From the IMG/VR virus record IMGVR_UViG_3300045988_160394, positions 160,001 to 224,000 of that record: DNA of 64,000 nt; one strand, given 5' to 3'. Source of the DNA: a virus. The position numbers and the translations under genes are program-made. Below the pieces are notes generated by a model. It saw nothing but the letters and a program-made list of their open reading frames with translations, searched no databases and was not told where the DNA came from. Positions 1 to 12,973 of the stretch are shown piece after piece (the stretch's first letter is position 1; every line of letters begins with the position of its first letter).

Positions 1-878
1 TGGTTATATACTTGAACCGTATCAGAATATAAATTATATCTTACTGGACCACCACTTGTATTTGATCCTCCAGTAAAGTTAACAGTTATACTATTAGTTC
101 CATAATATATATTATCAGATACACTAGTAATTCATCCTGCTGTTAAAGTGTTTTTAGTAATTCTAGCAGAATAAACTCCTGATGCAGCTTGTGCTCCATT
201 GTTATCTCTAGCAGTAACCCAAAAGATTCTCGTTTCTCCTTCGTTACCAGCACCTATATCAAAGGCATGTGCCCTATCTGTTCCTGTATCAATAGTAGTC
301 CAACCACCATTATTAACTTGTTGTTGAAGTATATATGTTATATCTCCACCTTCATTATCTGAAGCATAACCCCAGTCTAACCATAGTTTAGATACGTTTT
401 CTGCTATATATCCATTTAGAACGCTGTCTAAATTATTACCATCTCTAATTCTTAACCATTGTTCTCCACTAGTAAAATATGGAGCAGTATTTCATGTAGA
501 TACTGAAAAAGTACCACTAACTGAATAGTTTGGAGACGTAGCATAAGCACTACAATTCCATTCAACTGATGCAGCTAAGGTTCCTCCACCAGCTCCTGCA
601 TTACCAGTTATATTAATGTTTACTGTTTTATGAGAACCTCTTCCTCACGTATTGCTGCTAGTAAAACTATATCAACCACTAGTAACTCCACCTACAGTTA
701 CTCTAGCTCTAACATAAGATCCATAACCAAAAGAACCTTCTGTTAATTGAAGACCAACTGTAACTGAATAAGTAGCTGAAGTCCCTGTTCTACCAGTTTG
801 ACTATAACTTATAGTATGTCTCCAGTCTGGACTATTACCTAATACCCTGTTATAACTATAACCTTGTAAATCAGCCAA
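1..878 (-). CDS. Fibre/receptor-binding-like structural protein, 3' end beyond the window edge (table 4 model)
   Basis: TTG start at 876-878 with AAGGAGG 7 nt upstream. The frame stays open to position 3 when the four in-frame TGA (672, 645, 492, 132) are read as Trp. Gly/Ser/Thr/Asn-rich beta-type composition like the neighbouring fibre genes. No family recognised. Confidence 0.6.
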
Positions 879-924
879 TATTATTCCTCCTTTTTTCTTT
901 CTTGTTTTATTATATTAAGGCAAG

Positions 925-948
925 AAGAGTACATATTTCAGTACTCTT
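925..948 (-). terminator. Hairpin after fibre gene 955-4158 (weak U-tract)
   Basis: Perfect 8 bp inverted repeat aagagtac (925-932) / gtactctt (941-948) with an 8 nt loop. It is followed by CUUGCCUUAAUAU and then the SD/TTG of the next gene. Confidence 0.45.
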
Positions 949-954
949 TATTGC

Positions 955-3900
955 TTATTGTATTGCAAAGAATCCTCAACCTTCGTTAGCAACACTTCTT
1001 ATTTCTATATTATTTGTATTTGACTTAACAGCCCTTCTTACAATTACATTACCATTAACTTTTAAATTTATATCTTCACTAAAATCTTCTCTAAGGAATT
1101 CTATATCTGATTCTATTCCCTTATTACCTGAATGAGTTATCATTACAGTATTATTAGATTCTCCATATAAATATCCTATAGATAATGATGTGTTCATATC
1201 ATTAATTGGATTTATTATTTTAAAACTGTTAAGGAAATCTCCATCTGGATTAAATTCAAAAGATGCACCAGATTTAGTAGTTGGTTTATGTCTACCTATT
1301 AACTTAGCAGAATTAAAAGTAAATGTTTTTTGGTTATTTAAATATTCTACATTTTTATCCCCTAAAACAAAATCTGTTTTAAAGAAAGTTTGCTGAGATC
1401 TTAATCCAATAACTTCATTTTCTGTTCCAGGAGCATGTATAGTTAAAGCATTATTATATACTTGAACATCTCCACTATCTAATGTTCCTCTAAGTAATCC
1501 TTCATAAGTACCGTTTCTAGCATATACATCTCCATTTTGTAAAACTCTAAAAGGAGCACTTTCTCTATTTTCATAACTAGAACCAGCCCAAAATCTTACA
1601 TGATTAGCTTGTTCATTTTCAGCTGGACATCACGGAGTTCTGCTTTTGGTTTCAACTTTTAACTTTTTCATTACAAAACTACCGCTAGAAATTCAGTCAA
1701 AACGAAACATTATTTCTCAATAATTATTTTTCATTTGATCACTAGTCAAAGTAAACTCATATTCTCTATGAACTATACCATTTTTTCCTTTTCCAAACTG
1801 CATATACTGATTTATTGAATCTCCGTGTCAACTTCCGCTATTCCATTGGGTTATATCTCCAGATCCTTGGAAACATATCCAAGGTCTTTTCCCTTGACCA
1901 GGGATCATATCAGAGTATTCAAAATCATATGTTACATAAATAGTATCTCCTACTTTTGCATTTTTTGGAACATTAATTCTATCATGCATTACACATCAAT
2001 TTTCTCTATTGCTAGCTTCACTAAAATCAGAATATGTTTTAATATAGCTATTTAAAGCTAAGTTTTCATTACCTATTCTTGCACCGAAGTTAGTAATACC
2101 TGCATTAGGTAATTCTACATCACCACGTATTTTTGCTTGGTTTAATATAGCTGTTCCATCTGGACTAATTTTATATCCTGTATTTAATGTTTCACTAAAG
2201 TTACCACTTCTAAGTAAACCATTTATCTCTACAGTACCTTTGTCGTTAGTTCCTTCTATTCTACTTATTGCAAAGACAGGAGTATTATCTGCACCCATTA
2301 CAGTAAGACCACTAAGTAAGTCTATACTATCTGCTTTTATAGATTTAGTATCAATAAATCCTCCGTTAATAGTTGTAGAATTATTACTATGATTAAATAT
2401 TTTCTTTAATCCTGTTTCATTATCAGCTGATAAATCATTAAAAGTAACACGGCCTTGAAGATCAATTTTATCTCCTCTTATCTTTACTCCTGATGTTGTA
2501 TTACCAGAACCATCTTGTTGAGCATATATATTAATAGCTGCTACTACTCCATCTTTATCTACTTTCATATTAATGTTATCTTCTATAACTTCTATTTGGC
2601 TAAGAGATGATGATAATGACATAGTAGTTGCTTGCTTATAGTTAAGAGCTCCTTTAAACATTTGAGCCATTAAGATTTCATAATCTTCTCCGCTTTTTTC
2701 TTTCTTATCACTAATAATAAAGTAACCAACTACTATATGATTAGCTTCGCTCCATACTAAATTACTAGGAGTCTTATTCGAATCATGAACAACAGCATCT
2801 AAACACTTTCATGTTCTAGTTCCTGTATCTGATTTTTCTTCCCAACACATTAACCACTTTCTAGAGTTTTTATCAAACACCATAAATATAACATGTTTTA
2901 AAGGTGCAAATCCATTTGGATTATACATTACTTTAGGAAGAGTTACATCTTGATCCATCCATCTACATACTCCATCTACATCGGCTGGAGTTTTATTAGA
3001 GGTTAATCCATGTAAATAAATTTCTCCATAATCTTCTGTATTAAAAGCACTATAATTAACTTTACATCTAAGAGTCATAGGATTATCAGACTTATCAGTT
3101 ATGCTTTTAATAGTTCTTACAGAAGCATTAATTCCATTAACATCTGTTTCTAATTTAACTGTTTTATTTTTAACTTCGGCAGTTTCAAATTCAGCTGTAG
3201 CATCTTCTAATACAAGACAATCTACTTCTGCTATACCGTCAGTATTATCGCTATAATTAACAATAAACATAGGAAAGAATTTTGTTGTGCCTTGAGGCAA
3301 TGCCCTAACAGAAGGGAACTTAATAGCTCCATGTATATCAGTTATAGCTGGCCTAGCTTCTTTTGCAAAATAGTGTACTTGTTCTACTCAATTACTAGAT
3401 AAAACATCATTTCACAAATAAACGTTCCCTGCTCCATCTGTTCCTATAGATTGATTAGAACTATTTCATGGTGTTAATCCCATGTAAGCTCTTTTAGTTC
3501 CTTTGGAAGGATCTTTTGTTTGTCTTGCTCTAAACTTTAATCTATATATTTTATTGTCTTCTAATTTTACTGGTTGTCTAGAGAATACTCAATGATTACC
3601 TACTATTTCTAATAAGTTGTTGCCATATATAGCGTTATTAGTTTTTATTGCTTTAACCTTACTGTCTAATTGACTACCACTATTAATATCAGCACATCAT
3701 TGGTTTTTACCATATATAAATTTACCGTCTATACCAAAATTAATATCAGGATTAATAACTTTTATAAAAGTCATCTCTTGTCTAACTGTTTTTGTTCCTT
3801 CTATATTAACATCTATAACTACTTTACCAGTGGGATCTACTCCAACCGTATTTATATAAAATGAATCTGGAGTTGGAGCTACAACTTCACAATTTTCACA

Positions 3901-4158
3901 AAGTTCTCTACGTATATAATAAGCATACTGTCCTTTAGAAGGACGATCTGGTGTTGCGGTTAAAGTTTTAGTTCCATGAACTTTTATAACGCATTTAGCT
4001 TTACCATTAGGCCCTAATTCACCAACCATTGGTTCTCCATTACTATCACAAAGTATAGTATGAGTAGGATTACTTAATGTAATAGTAAATCCATCTGAGC
4101 CGTCATATACTTTTTGTAATGTAATATGTGATGAAGCAATTATTTTGGTTTTACTCAT
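955..4158 (-). CDS. Long tail-fibre-like protein, 1067 aa under table 4
   Basis: ATG 4156-4158 with AAGGAGG upstream. Track fragments 3697-4158, 2809-3300, 1996-2670 and 976-1197 share one frame. I translated all gaps and found only TGA, 12 in-frame: 3697, 3589, 3466, 3412, 3388, 2809, 1996, 1828, 1717, 1693, 1630, 976. First TAA at 955-957, followed by hairpin 925-948. The N-terminal ~150 aa (FTITLSNPTHTILCDSNG...MTFIKVIN) is a paralogue of a module in 4240-8799. Confidence 0.75.
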
Positions 4159-4194
4159 ATTCTTTATTCCTCCTTATTAATATAATATTACCTA

Positions 4195-4230
4195 ATAAAA
4201 AAAGCATAAGAACTTTACATTCCTATGCTT
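4195..4230 (-). terminator. Rho-independent terminator after fibre gene 4240-8799
   Basis: On the transcript: AAGCAUAGGAA-UGUAAAG-UUCUUAUGCUU, an 11 bp stem with one G-U pair (4202-4212 pairs with 4220-4230), followed by U6-7. Confidence 0.8.
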
Positions 4231-4239
4231 TTTATATAT

Positions 4240-7200
4240 TTATCCTTCAACATCAACCATAAAAATCGCCTTTTCATCGATGTCTTCTGAACTTACGTAA
4301 ATAACTTTACCAGTTCTAGACCATCCAGATATTAAGTTACCACTAGCATCTGCTTTTGTCCATTTGTAAGTATATGTTGAATTATCTCCTGCACTAGGAA
4401 TAGTCTCTAATTCTTCTCATGCACTATTATTATATTTATAATACTTAGACTTTGATTTAACATATACTACTTCACCTTGTACTCCAGCTTCGGAAGGAAT
4501 GTTTTGAACTAATCTCATAGAGTCCATATCGACACCATTACGTTTTGTTTTAGCTACTAAATAAGTTTCTCCTACTCCATTTTTAAATGTTTGACCAGCT
4601 GTTGAGAATATTATTGCTTGTACTGGATCGTTTCTATCTTCTAATACAATAGAATCTGTTTGAATTACTGTTCCTTTTTTCATAGTACATCTAACTACTA
4701 ACATTCCTGGTATTTCTTCTTGAGTTACTGTAATCTTATTACCATTGTTATTTCCTGTTATAGGTGCTGAACTTGTTCCTTTTAAATCAGCCCAATGGTC
4801 TCCAACTTTCTTTTCCCAATGATAAGATACATCTGAAGAAGTTGATATATTAGATGAACCACTCATAATAACTGCTTCTACATCTAATGATTTCATATTA
4901 CTATTATTTATTAAAGTACCATTTGGTCCCCATATATAACTTGTTATAGCATCTGTTCCGTCTGTTACTTTACTTATAGTATGAATATCATATACAGAAG
5001 CATCTGTACTTAATTGAGCTCTTATAGTAACTGTTTTTCTGTTATTAAATGAACTTACTGGAACAGTATAAGAATCTCCAGTTGTACTAGCAGGTACTCC
5101 ATCTCCAGTCCATTGTATAGTACCAGAAGTAATGTTCTTTTTAAGAGCTGTTAAAACTATACCATTAGATGGTTCATATGCACCATCTTTCTTTTGTATA
5201 ATAGAACTTCCTCCAGTAATTTGTATTACTTTAGCATGACTACCTGCTGCTCCAGCTTTAGACTTAGAGAATGAGAAGATTTTACTAACAGTGTTAGAAT
5301 CTTTTTCTATTCTTATTGTTAATGGAACTTGTCCTGAATCTTTAGATTGATTAAATCCTGTTAAAACTATACCAACGTTAGCATCTGTATCTGCTTTATC
5401 TCCAGATTCTTTTTTAATATAAGAACATGTTCCTGATCCATCTGCTAAACTTCCTGCTGTAGTTATAGTAAATTTTCCAGCTGCTAAAGAAGTTCCAGCT
5501 GTTAATTCATCCATTCCTTTAAATACTCTTACTTTAGTTTTAGCTTTACTAAGTTCTGAACTTGAAACAACTCCATTACTATCAGCAGCTAATGTTTGAG
5601 ATTCATTTGTTAAAATTACTGAATAAGTATCTGAACCATCATATAATTTAGATACAGTCATTTCATCATATATTCCATCTGCTTCATATTTAAAAACTAT
5701 AAATGTCTTGTTGCCCCAATAGCTATCTGTATGATTAATAACTAGATTTGTTCCTGTTTGTCCTTGAATAACGGTTCCATCAGCATATCATTTTCTATTA
5801 GATCCTGTAAAATTACTTTCTACAGCTGTTAATGTTATAGTAGCTCCTCCTTCTGGAGTTGTAGCTCCTTTTGGGTATTTAAATATTTGATTACCACTTA
5901 TAAATACTGTTTTAGCAGAAGATCCTGGCGTACCTTGTTTAGCTTTAGTCACACTAAATGTTTGTTTTATTGTTTGTCCTTCTACAACAATGTTTACTGT
6001 ACATGTAGCTGCGTCAGCATTGTTAGGGAAATTAGTCATAGTAATTTTAGCAGGTGATGATCCTGTTGCTTGTGTAATAGAAAATTTTGCATCACTTGGA
6101 ACTTTAGATACTTCAGTAACACTAGTTGGTGCTATAGTATTTGTCCCTTTATATACTATTATATCAGTTGTTGCAGAATTTAAGTTACTAACAACACCTT
6201 GATAATTTGCATGAACTGTATGTGATGGGTTACTTAATATTACAGTAAATGCATCTGTTCCACTTTGTCCATCTGCTAATTTAACTATAGACATTTCATC
6301 ATACATATTATTGTTTATAATATATCTTATTCTCATTACTTTATTAGAACTAGTAGCAAAGTGACCTATTGTAGGAGTAACTTCTAATGTCGCTCCTGTT
6401 TGTGCAGGTACAAAATCAACCCAAGCAGATCCATTATTATATTGCCATTTACCACCTGTTGTGTTATATAAAGTTCTAGAAACTGTTATTGAACTAGGTG
6501 TAGGTATTCCTATAAAGTTTGGACCATACTTAAATGTTTGTTCCCCAGAGATTTTAACATAAGCCGCATCTGTTCCGTCTATTCCGTCTCGTCCATCGCT
6601 AACTACACTTATTGTTTGTGTATCTACTAATGTAGTTCCATCAGTTAAATATAACTCACATTTAATAGCTCTAGCATCGCTTGGAACAGCAAACTCTTTT
6701 CTAGATTCATTAGAGCCAGATGTATATACTGCTGCACCAAAATTAGTTCCGTCTGTTGATTTGTATATTTTAAATCTACCAGAATAAGCAACTAATGCTT
6801 GAGCACCTGTTTGGCTCTTTGCTTCATACACTACAGATGAAGGATTTAATTGACCATTATTATTCTTACTAATAGATGTAGCACTAGGTATTAGCCAATA
6901 ACTAGTAGAATCTACCCCGTTAACCCCTTGCTTATTTTTAGCTATACTAAATACTTTTGAATAAGTAACGCCATTGTATTGAGCTTTTAAGGTAACATTT
7001 CCAGTATCTTGAGTTAATCCTGAAACAGTAAAAGTATTACCTGACATATTTCCTACTACACCTGAACTTGGTAGTGCAGAATATGTTACTCCTTCTGTTA
7101 TTAATTCATGTCCTTTATATAATTCTATAGATGTTGAACATCCTGCATAACTAGTTATAGTTCCTGTAGCTGTTGCTGGTAATGAATGATATTCATTTGT

Positions 7201-8799
7201 TAATACAGCTATATAACTATCTTTACCTTGTTTACCATCTTTAGCTTTAGATAAAGACATTACTTTTTTATAAACTACTCCTTCGCAATTTACATTAATA
7301 ACTAAAGCAGCTGCATCTGCTGTCATTCCTGTAATTTTAATAACATTGTTACTTAATTGATAAGTAACATCTGAATTATTATCTATTGTTATCTTATATT
7401 GTCCAGTTGATGGAGCACCAGTTGTTATAGTAAGTTTGTTTAATCCTCTGTAAGCTGTTATTTCATTAATAGCCCTATCAGATTCTCCTTCTTTAAAGCT
7501 TCCATCATGATTACATGCTATTACGTGAGATTCATTTGATTGTTGAACAACTATAGAATCATGTCCATCCATTAATTTAGTAATAGTTATTTCATCTGAT
7601 AAAGTATCTTTTACAGTACATCTAAATGTAATAGAGTTGGCTGCATTAAAATAACTATCTGTTGCATTTACTGTTAAGGATTTAGATGTTTGTCCACTAA
7701 TTAAATTTCATGAACCATTAGCATAATATGACCACTTATAAGTAGGATCATTCACATTGAAAGTAGAAGCTTCTAATACTGCTTTTGAGACATTAGGATT
7801 AGCTGAGTTTTTATCATATTTAAATACAGTAGAACCCTCTTTTAATGTTAAAGTAATATACTTAGCTGATTCTCCATCTGCTCCATCATTACCGTCTGCT
7901 CCATTAGTTCCGTTATATACTTTAGAGAAAGTCATTAATTGTTCTACTTCACTTTGTCCTTCAAAATTAAATATAACTTTTACTTTACCGCCATTAGATA
8001 AGTTTTTAGCAGAATTTAAAACTTCTGATTCTAATTCCCCACTAGCCGCAACATTTGCAACTGGATTAACTAAAGTATCTATATAAAAAGTATCGTTATC
8101 TTTTTTTACAGCTGTACAATTTTCAGGTTCTATTTTTATAGAATATTGACCTTTAGAAGGATTGTCATTAACAGCTGTTAAAAGATCTGTTCCTTTGTAT
8201 GCTATTGTATCTGAATAAGCTCTACCATTTAAGCCTATTTCTCCTATATCAGCAGTTCCGTCATGATTACATATTATTGTATGAGTTGGATTTGTTAGTA
8301 TTGCAGTATAAGCATCTGATCCATCGTTACCTTGTATAGTTAAAGTTAAATCTATTTCTGTTATTTGTGTATGAACTTCAGGCATCCAATTTTCTTTAAA
8401 GTCTACTTCTGTTTTGAATGTAACTCCTGGATGATTGTTGTTCATTATATTACTTTTTATTTTCAATCCTGAGAAGAATGGTGATGTACCAATTAATTCA
8501 TATTCACTCATGGAAGGTGTTATTTTTACATATTCCTGACTAGGAGCTAATTTTACATACCAATCAACTCTACTTACAACAGTTCCTGGATGTAATACTA
8601 AGTTTGTATTATCTCCTATTTTACTTAAGTCAGCTGATAATATAACATTGTCTCCTGTATGACTATAGTCTGGCACATACGTACCATTATTATTTAAATA
8701 TTGAACTCTTGGATGTGAACACCCTATATAACTTCTTAAAGATACAGCATCATTTAAATCTACAATTGTTATTTGAGATGACGCTAAAAGTTTTGCCAT
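4240..8799 (-). CDS. Long tail fibre with tandem beta-sandwich modules and short Gly-X-Y linkers, 1519 aa under table 4
   Basis: ATG 8797-8799 with AAGGAGG upstream. Fragments 7708-8799, 5788-7572 and 4417-5661 are in one frame, joined by TGA at 7708, 5788 and 4417. The gaps have no TAA/TAG. TAA at 4240-4242 is followed by a strong terminator. Repeated (S/T)(I/V)LTNExH...G modules. Confidence 0.8.
4417..8330 (-). repeat. Tandem ~90-110 aa beta-sandwich-type modules separated by short Gly-X-Y runs in fibre gene 4240-8799
   Basis: Recurrent module starts: GSDAYTAILTNPTHTIICNHDG, GHDSIVVQQSNESHVIACNHDG, GKDSYIAVLTNEYHSLPA, GTDAFTVILSNPSHTVHANYQG, GSDTYSVILTNESQTLAADSNG. Linkers include GTNGADGNDGADGES (about 7880-7925), GRDGIDGTD and GKQGKD. 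Confidence 0.65.
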
Positions 8800-8813
8800 A
8801 AAAATTCCTCCTT

Positions 8814-10436
8814 TTAAATATCATTTATTTCGCAAGTAAACGTAGCTTTTTGATAAACATCATTTGTAGTTATGTTAATAAATTTTACACCCTTACCTTT
8901 TGTATTGTTCCATAGTTCATCTTCTTCTGTATTTTCACTTTTTCTTTTCCATACAAATTGAGAAGCATTCAATTGATCAGTAACATTGTTTTTACCTTTA
9001 AACACAATAGCTTTTAATTGAGTATCTACTATGCTATTTTTAAAAACAATTCCGTTAGAAGAAATTATATCTATTTTTCATGCTATATCAGAAACGCCTG
9101 CTACATCTTCATATTCATCTTCATTATTGATTAATATCTTAAGTTTTTTTGCTGATATGCTTACATTACCATCAGCATCTATATGAAATGTTTTATCTCC
9201 ATATTTATTATTAACTAATAGGTTTCTACCTTCAATATATTCTCCTAATAGCTTACCAGTTTTAATATATGACGCATTAAAATAAAAGTTCTTATTACCA
9301 TGCTCATCTATATCAACATACATACCTTGCATTTTGCCATTATCAGTTAATGATCCAAACACTTCTTCATGTGTATTTCCTACTTTATGATCTAATGCAT
9401 CTTGTATATCTTCTATAGCTATTTCTCATTCTGTTGGTATTATATAGTTTTCTAATTTTGTATTAGTAACTAAAAAGTCAAATGTACTATTTTCTTCTCC
9501 AGAAATAATTGTTTCTATTTTGTTAGTATCTTGTAAAGAAGTAAATGTTATTGTTCAAACTTTTTTATAATTTGTTATATCGAATGTTTCTTCTTTTATT
9601 AATGTTTTTATATTATTTTCATTAATAGAATAAAAAGCTACAGTCATATTACCATTTGGAGCTGTTGATTGTAAATATACTTGTGACAATATTTGAAAAG
9701 AATAATTACTTTTTGGTAATGCATTGCATATTTGAGATAATCCGCAGTAATCAGAACTAGCTATATTTGACCTTATTCTTGCTCACTTTTTACCTGATAA
9801 ACTTTCAAACTCTATTGTAGGTCTTCCTGCTTTTGTCCAATAATCCAATGTCTTTTTATAGAAGTTAGAGTTTCTAAGCAGATTTCTTCTGTCTTTACCA
9901 GCTACCGTAACTTCTACCCACATCTTTAATGAATTGTCCCACATCATTAATCTAGGAGGAATAACTGAATTATCTAATCATAAATCTCCATCTTGAGGAT
10001 TACTAGGAGGAGTAGGACTACCTTGTAAATCATTTACGTCAATAAAACTTACATAATCAGTTGCAACTAATTGTCTTTTACCATCTACTAATCCATATAC
10101 TTCTACTTGTATTTTAGCTTGCTTATTTATTTCTTCTTTTGTTAAGGTAAAGCTTTTTTGATTTAAATGTTTATTTCCTCATTCTAAATCTTCTTCATAT
10201 TGTTCACTTGATACAGTAAATCTTTTTCAAACAATATCTGAGAATTTAGCTGTTATATCTGTTAGTCCTTTTCATACAACTAAATGTATATCAGAAGTTT
10301 TATCAGTTGTTCCAAATATATTACCATTAGAACTAAATATTTGTGCTTTGTAAATAGCAACATCTTCTATAATTTGAATTGTAATGGACGCTCTAGATAG
10401 AACGCCCCTATGTGAATAACTTTTTCCAAAAAACAT
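8814..10436 (-). CDS. Structural protein of the fibre cluster, 540 aa under table 4
   Basis: ATG 10434-10436 preceded by AGAGGTG, which overlaps the upstream TAG. Only 94 aa and 63 aa pieces appear in the track. I translated the whole span: 8 in-frame TGA (10272, 10227, 10179, 9978, 9783, 9555, 9426, 9078) and no TAA/TAG until 8814-8816. Function not recognised. Confidence 0.7.
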
Positions 10437-10447
10437 GGTTTACACCT

Positions 10448-12052
10448 CTATTCTTTTTTTGGAGTAGATTTTAATATTTTATCTTCTTGAGCTATAGTAA
10501 ATGCTCTCATTTCAGATGCTGTATTCATAACTTCATGATAATCATATTTACTTATACCTGCATTTTTTAATGCTACAGAAGCGTCTCTTATTTCATCTTC
10601 TAAAGGCATACTTCTTAATAATGCTGACCTATTCATTATTGCTTCTGCTGCTGTTTTGTTTAATAAGTCTACAGAGAATGTAGCTTTATTATCTATATGT
10701 TTAGGTTCTATTTTTATAGTTCTAGTAGACTTTCTAGGGAAGTTATTATTAGATGTATATTGAGGATCTTTTACATCTATGAATTTTAATACTTCATGTT
10801 CAAAATACATATTTTCTATCTTCTCTCCTAAAGCATCTATTCTATACCAATAATAATCAAACATTGTATTATATCTATCATCATTATTTTCAAATAGTTC
10901 TCCTTTATAAGTAACTACTGCTGATAATACAGTACCTGGAGCATCCATGCCTTTATATAGTTTATCTCCATTAGAACTATGAACATAACATTGAGTAGGG
11001 TCACTATAATCGTAAATAGTTTCTAATGCACTTTGTTGAGAATCAGATATAGTATCATCTGTTATTGTTAATTTAAATATTTCAGAACCAGCTACTAATC
11101 CTGGTCTTACAAATAGAACTGTTCCACCTTTAGCGTTTTTTGTTTTTTCTGTTCTTGAAATATTACCTTGAGGGTCTCTTTCTACTATTCTATGAATTTC
11201 ATAGAATTCATTCCATTGGTTTTCATCTTGAGTAATTGGGTCTAAAACAGTTCAACCTTTTTCTGTTTTCATAAACCATTCTACTTTTAAGTTAGAAGAA
11301 CCTGAAGATAATAATTTGTCTAAATCTACCTTAGTTCCTTCACTAAAATATTGAGCTTCTAATCTTAATGTTTGTTTATCATCAGCATTATAAAAACTAT
11401 TACCATCAATAGAATTTATAAACGCTTTAGATGTTCCCATACCAGTAGATAAGTTATTTATTTGCATATCATATGCAACTGGTATTCTTATATCTGCAAA
11501 AGGATCATGGAATGAGAATTTAACCAATATAGATTTCATTTGGTCTTTTTCTAAAATGTTGTCTTTAATTACTAAAGTTCTCATATCTGAAACAACTATT
11601 TCATGTTCTTCAGCATTTCTATAATTCCAAGTATGTGAGAATTGTTTTTTATGTTCTTCATTACCTTCTATATCTATAAGAGTTTGATTATTGGCACTAT
11701 CTACTAAATACCATTTTATATCTTCTATATAAGCCTTATTTATTCCTACATCACCAGGTGCATTTAAATTAGGATATTCTTTTGGGTCAAAAAGGTCTGG
11801 ATTATATTTATTACTTTGAGGACCTCTGTATATATTAGTAGCTATCATATATGGTCTAATAACTAAATTGCTTATTTTTCAGTCAGGGTTATATGGTTGA
11901 TTGCTTCCTGTTATATAAGCTTGAGATTTAGAACCATTAACTATTGTTAAGTTACCAGCTAAATTGGAAGCGTCTGTTTGGTCAGTTACTGTTATTTGAG
12001 CAGTAGCCAAAACTTTATAGTTTGGATCTGCTGATAATGGATTAAAAAACAT
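10448..12052 (-). CDS. Structural protein of the fibre cluster, 534 aa under table 4
   Basis: ATG 12050-12052 with AAGGAGG upstream. Fragments 11252-11848 and 10448-10948 are in one frame. In-frame TGA at 11881 and 11252. TAG stop at 10448-10450. Function not recognised. Confidence 0.7.
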
Positions 12053-12066
12053 ATATTATTTCCTCC

Positions 12067-12672
12067 TTATTTCTTTATCATATTCATATAAGTTTTATAA
12101 GCTTCATTAACTCATAGGTCAGCTTCTTTTTCTGTTACAAATTGAACTTGAAACATAGCGTTTCTATTTACATCATCTGCTGTTATAGGAATTTCTTTTG
12201 CTCCATCAGCTCATTTTAAATTTCATTTAGCATCTTCTATTTGATCATTTTCAGAAGAACCACTAAATCTAGCTCATTTAAAATAACGCTTATCTTTTAT
12301 TTCTGTCACATCTTCATTATCCTCGTATAAAACAGCTTTTAAAGTGGTTGTAAAGTTCTTATTTTTTATTATATTACCTTGAGTACTTACCATTTCTATT
12401 CTATATTGTTTAGGAATTTTGTTTCCACCTTGTCCTCCTACTCATTCAGGTAAAGGAATTAAGTCTCCATTTTTATCTGGTAATCATACATTATTACCAC
12501 TTAATTTATATTTAGAATCATTTATTCCATTAATAACATCTTTAAGAGATACACTATAATCTTTATCACTATCGCTATAAGATGGTTTAACTATTTCTGT
12601 AGTAGAATCTTTTTCTCAATCATTTTCTTTATTTTCCTTAATCATATTATTTATATAATCTTTATAAGACAT
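12067..12672 (-). CDS. Hypothetical protein, 201 aa, absent from the standard-code track
   Basis: ATG 12670-12672 with AAAGAGGTGA upstream, directly after terminator 12701-12736. Seven in-frame TGA (12616, 12484, 12442, 12274, 12223, 12211, 12112) and no TGG. TAA at 12067-12069 lies beside the SD of the next gene. Confidence 0.7.
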
Positions 12673-12700
12673 AAAATTAATCACCTCTTTTATTTATTAT

Positions 12701-12736
12701 ATAAGAAAGAAAGCCGAGCATATATACCCGACTTTC
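12701..12736 (-). terminator. Rho-independent terminator after the 66 aa gene
   Basis: On the transcript: GAAAGUCGGG-UAUAUAUG-CUCGGCUUUC, a 10 bp stem with two G-U pairs (12709-12718 pairs with 12727-12736), followed by UUUCUUAUAU. Confidence 0.65.
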
Positions 12737-12744
12737 TGTTTAGA

Positions 12745-12945
12745 TTATTCAGTTTCTTTTACAAGTTCTTGAACTGATTCGTCTACTTTCTTTTCCATCA
12801 GTTTAACAAGATAATTGTATTCCTCTACTTTTAATCTTTTTCTTTTCTTGTAGAAATCTAATTTAGATTTTAGTTCTACTGGATCGAACTTTGTTCTAGT
12901 AATTATTAATTCTAAATCTGAGCCTAATTTTGTTGAAAATTCCAT
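12745..12945 (-). CDS. Small hypothetical protein, 66 aa (XkdX-like size and position, not established)
   Basis: Intact ORF with a TAA stop followed by terminator hairpin 12709-12736. The ...LDFYKKRKRLKVEEYNYLVKL pattern and its location after a fibre gene recall small XkdX-type proteins. This is a weak by-eye resemblance only. Confidence 0.5.
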   Translation of the reverse strand: MEFSTKLGSDLELIITRTKFDPVELKSKLDFYKKRKRLKVEEYNYLVKLMEKKVDESVQELVKETE

Positions 12946-12973
12946 TATGGATTCCCCCTTGAATATAATTAAT

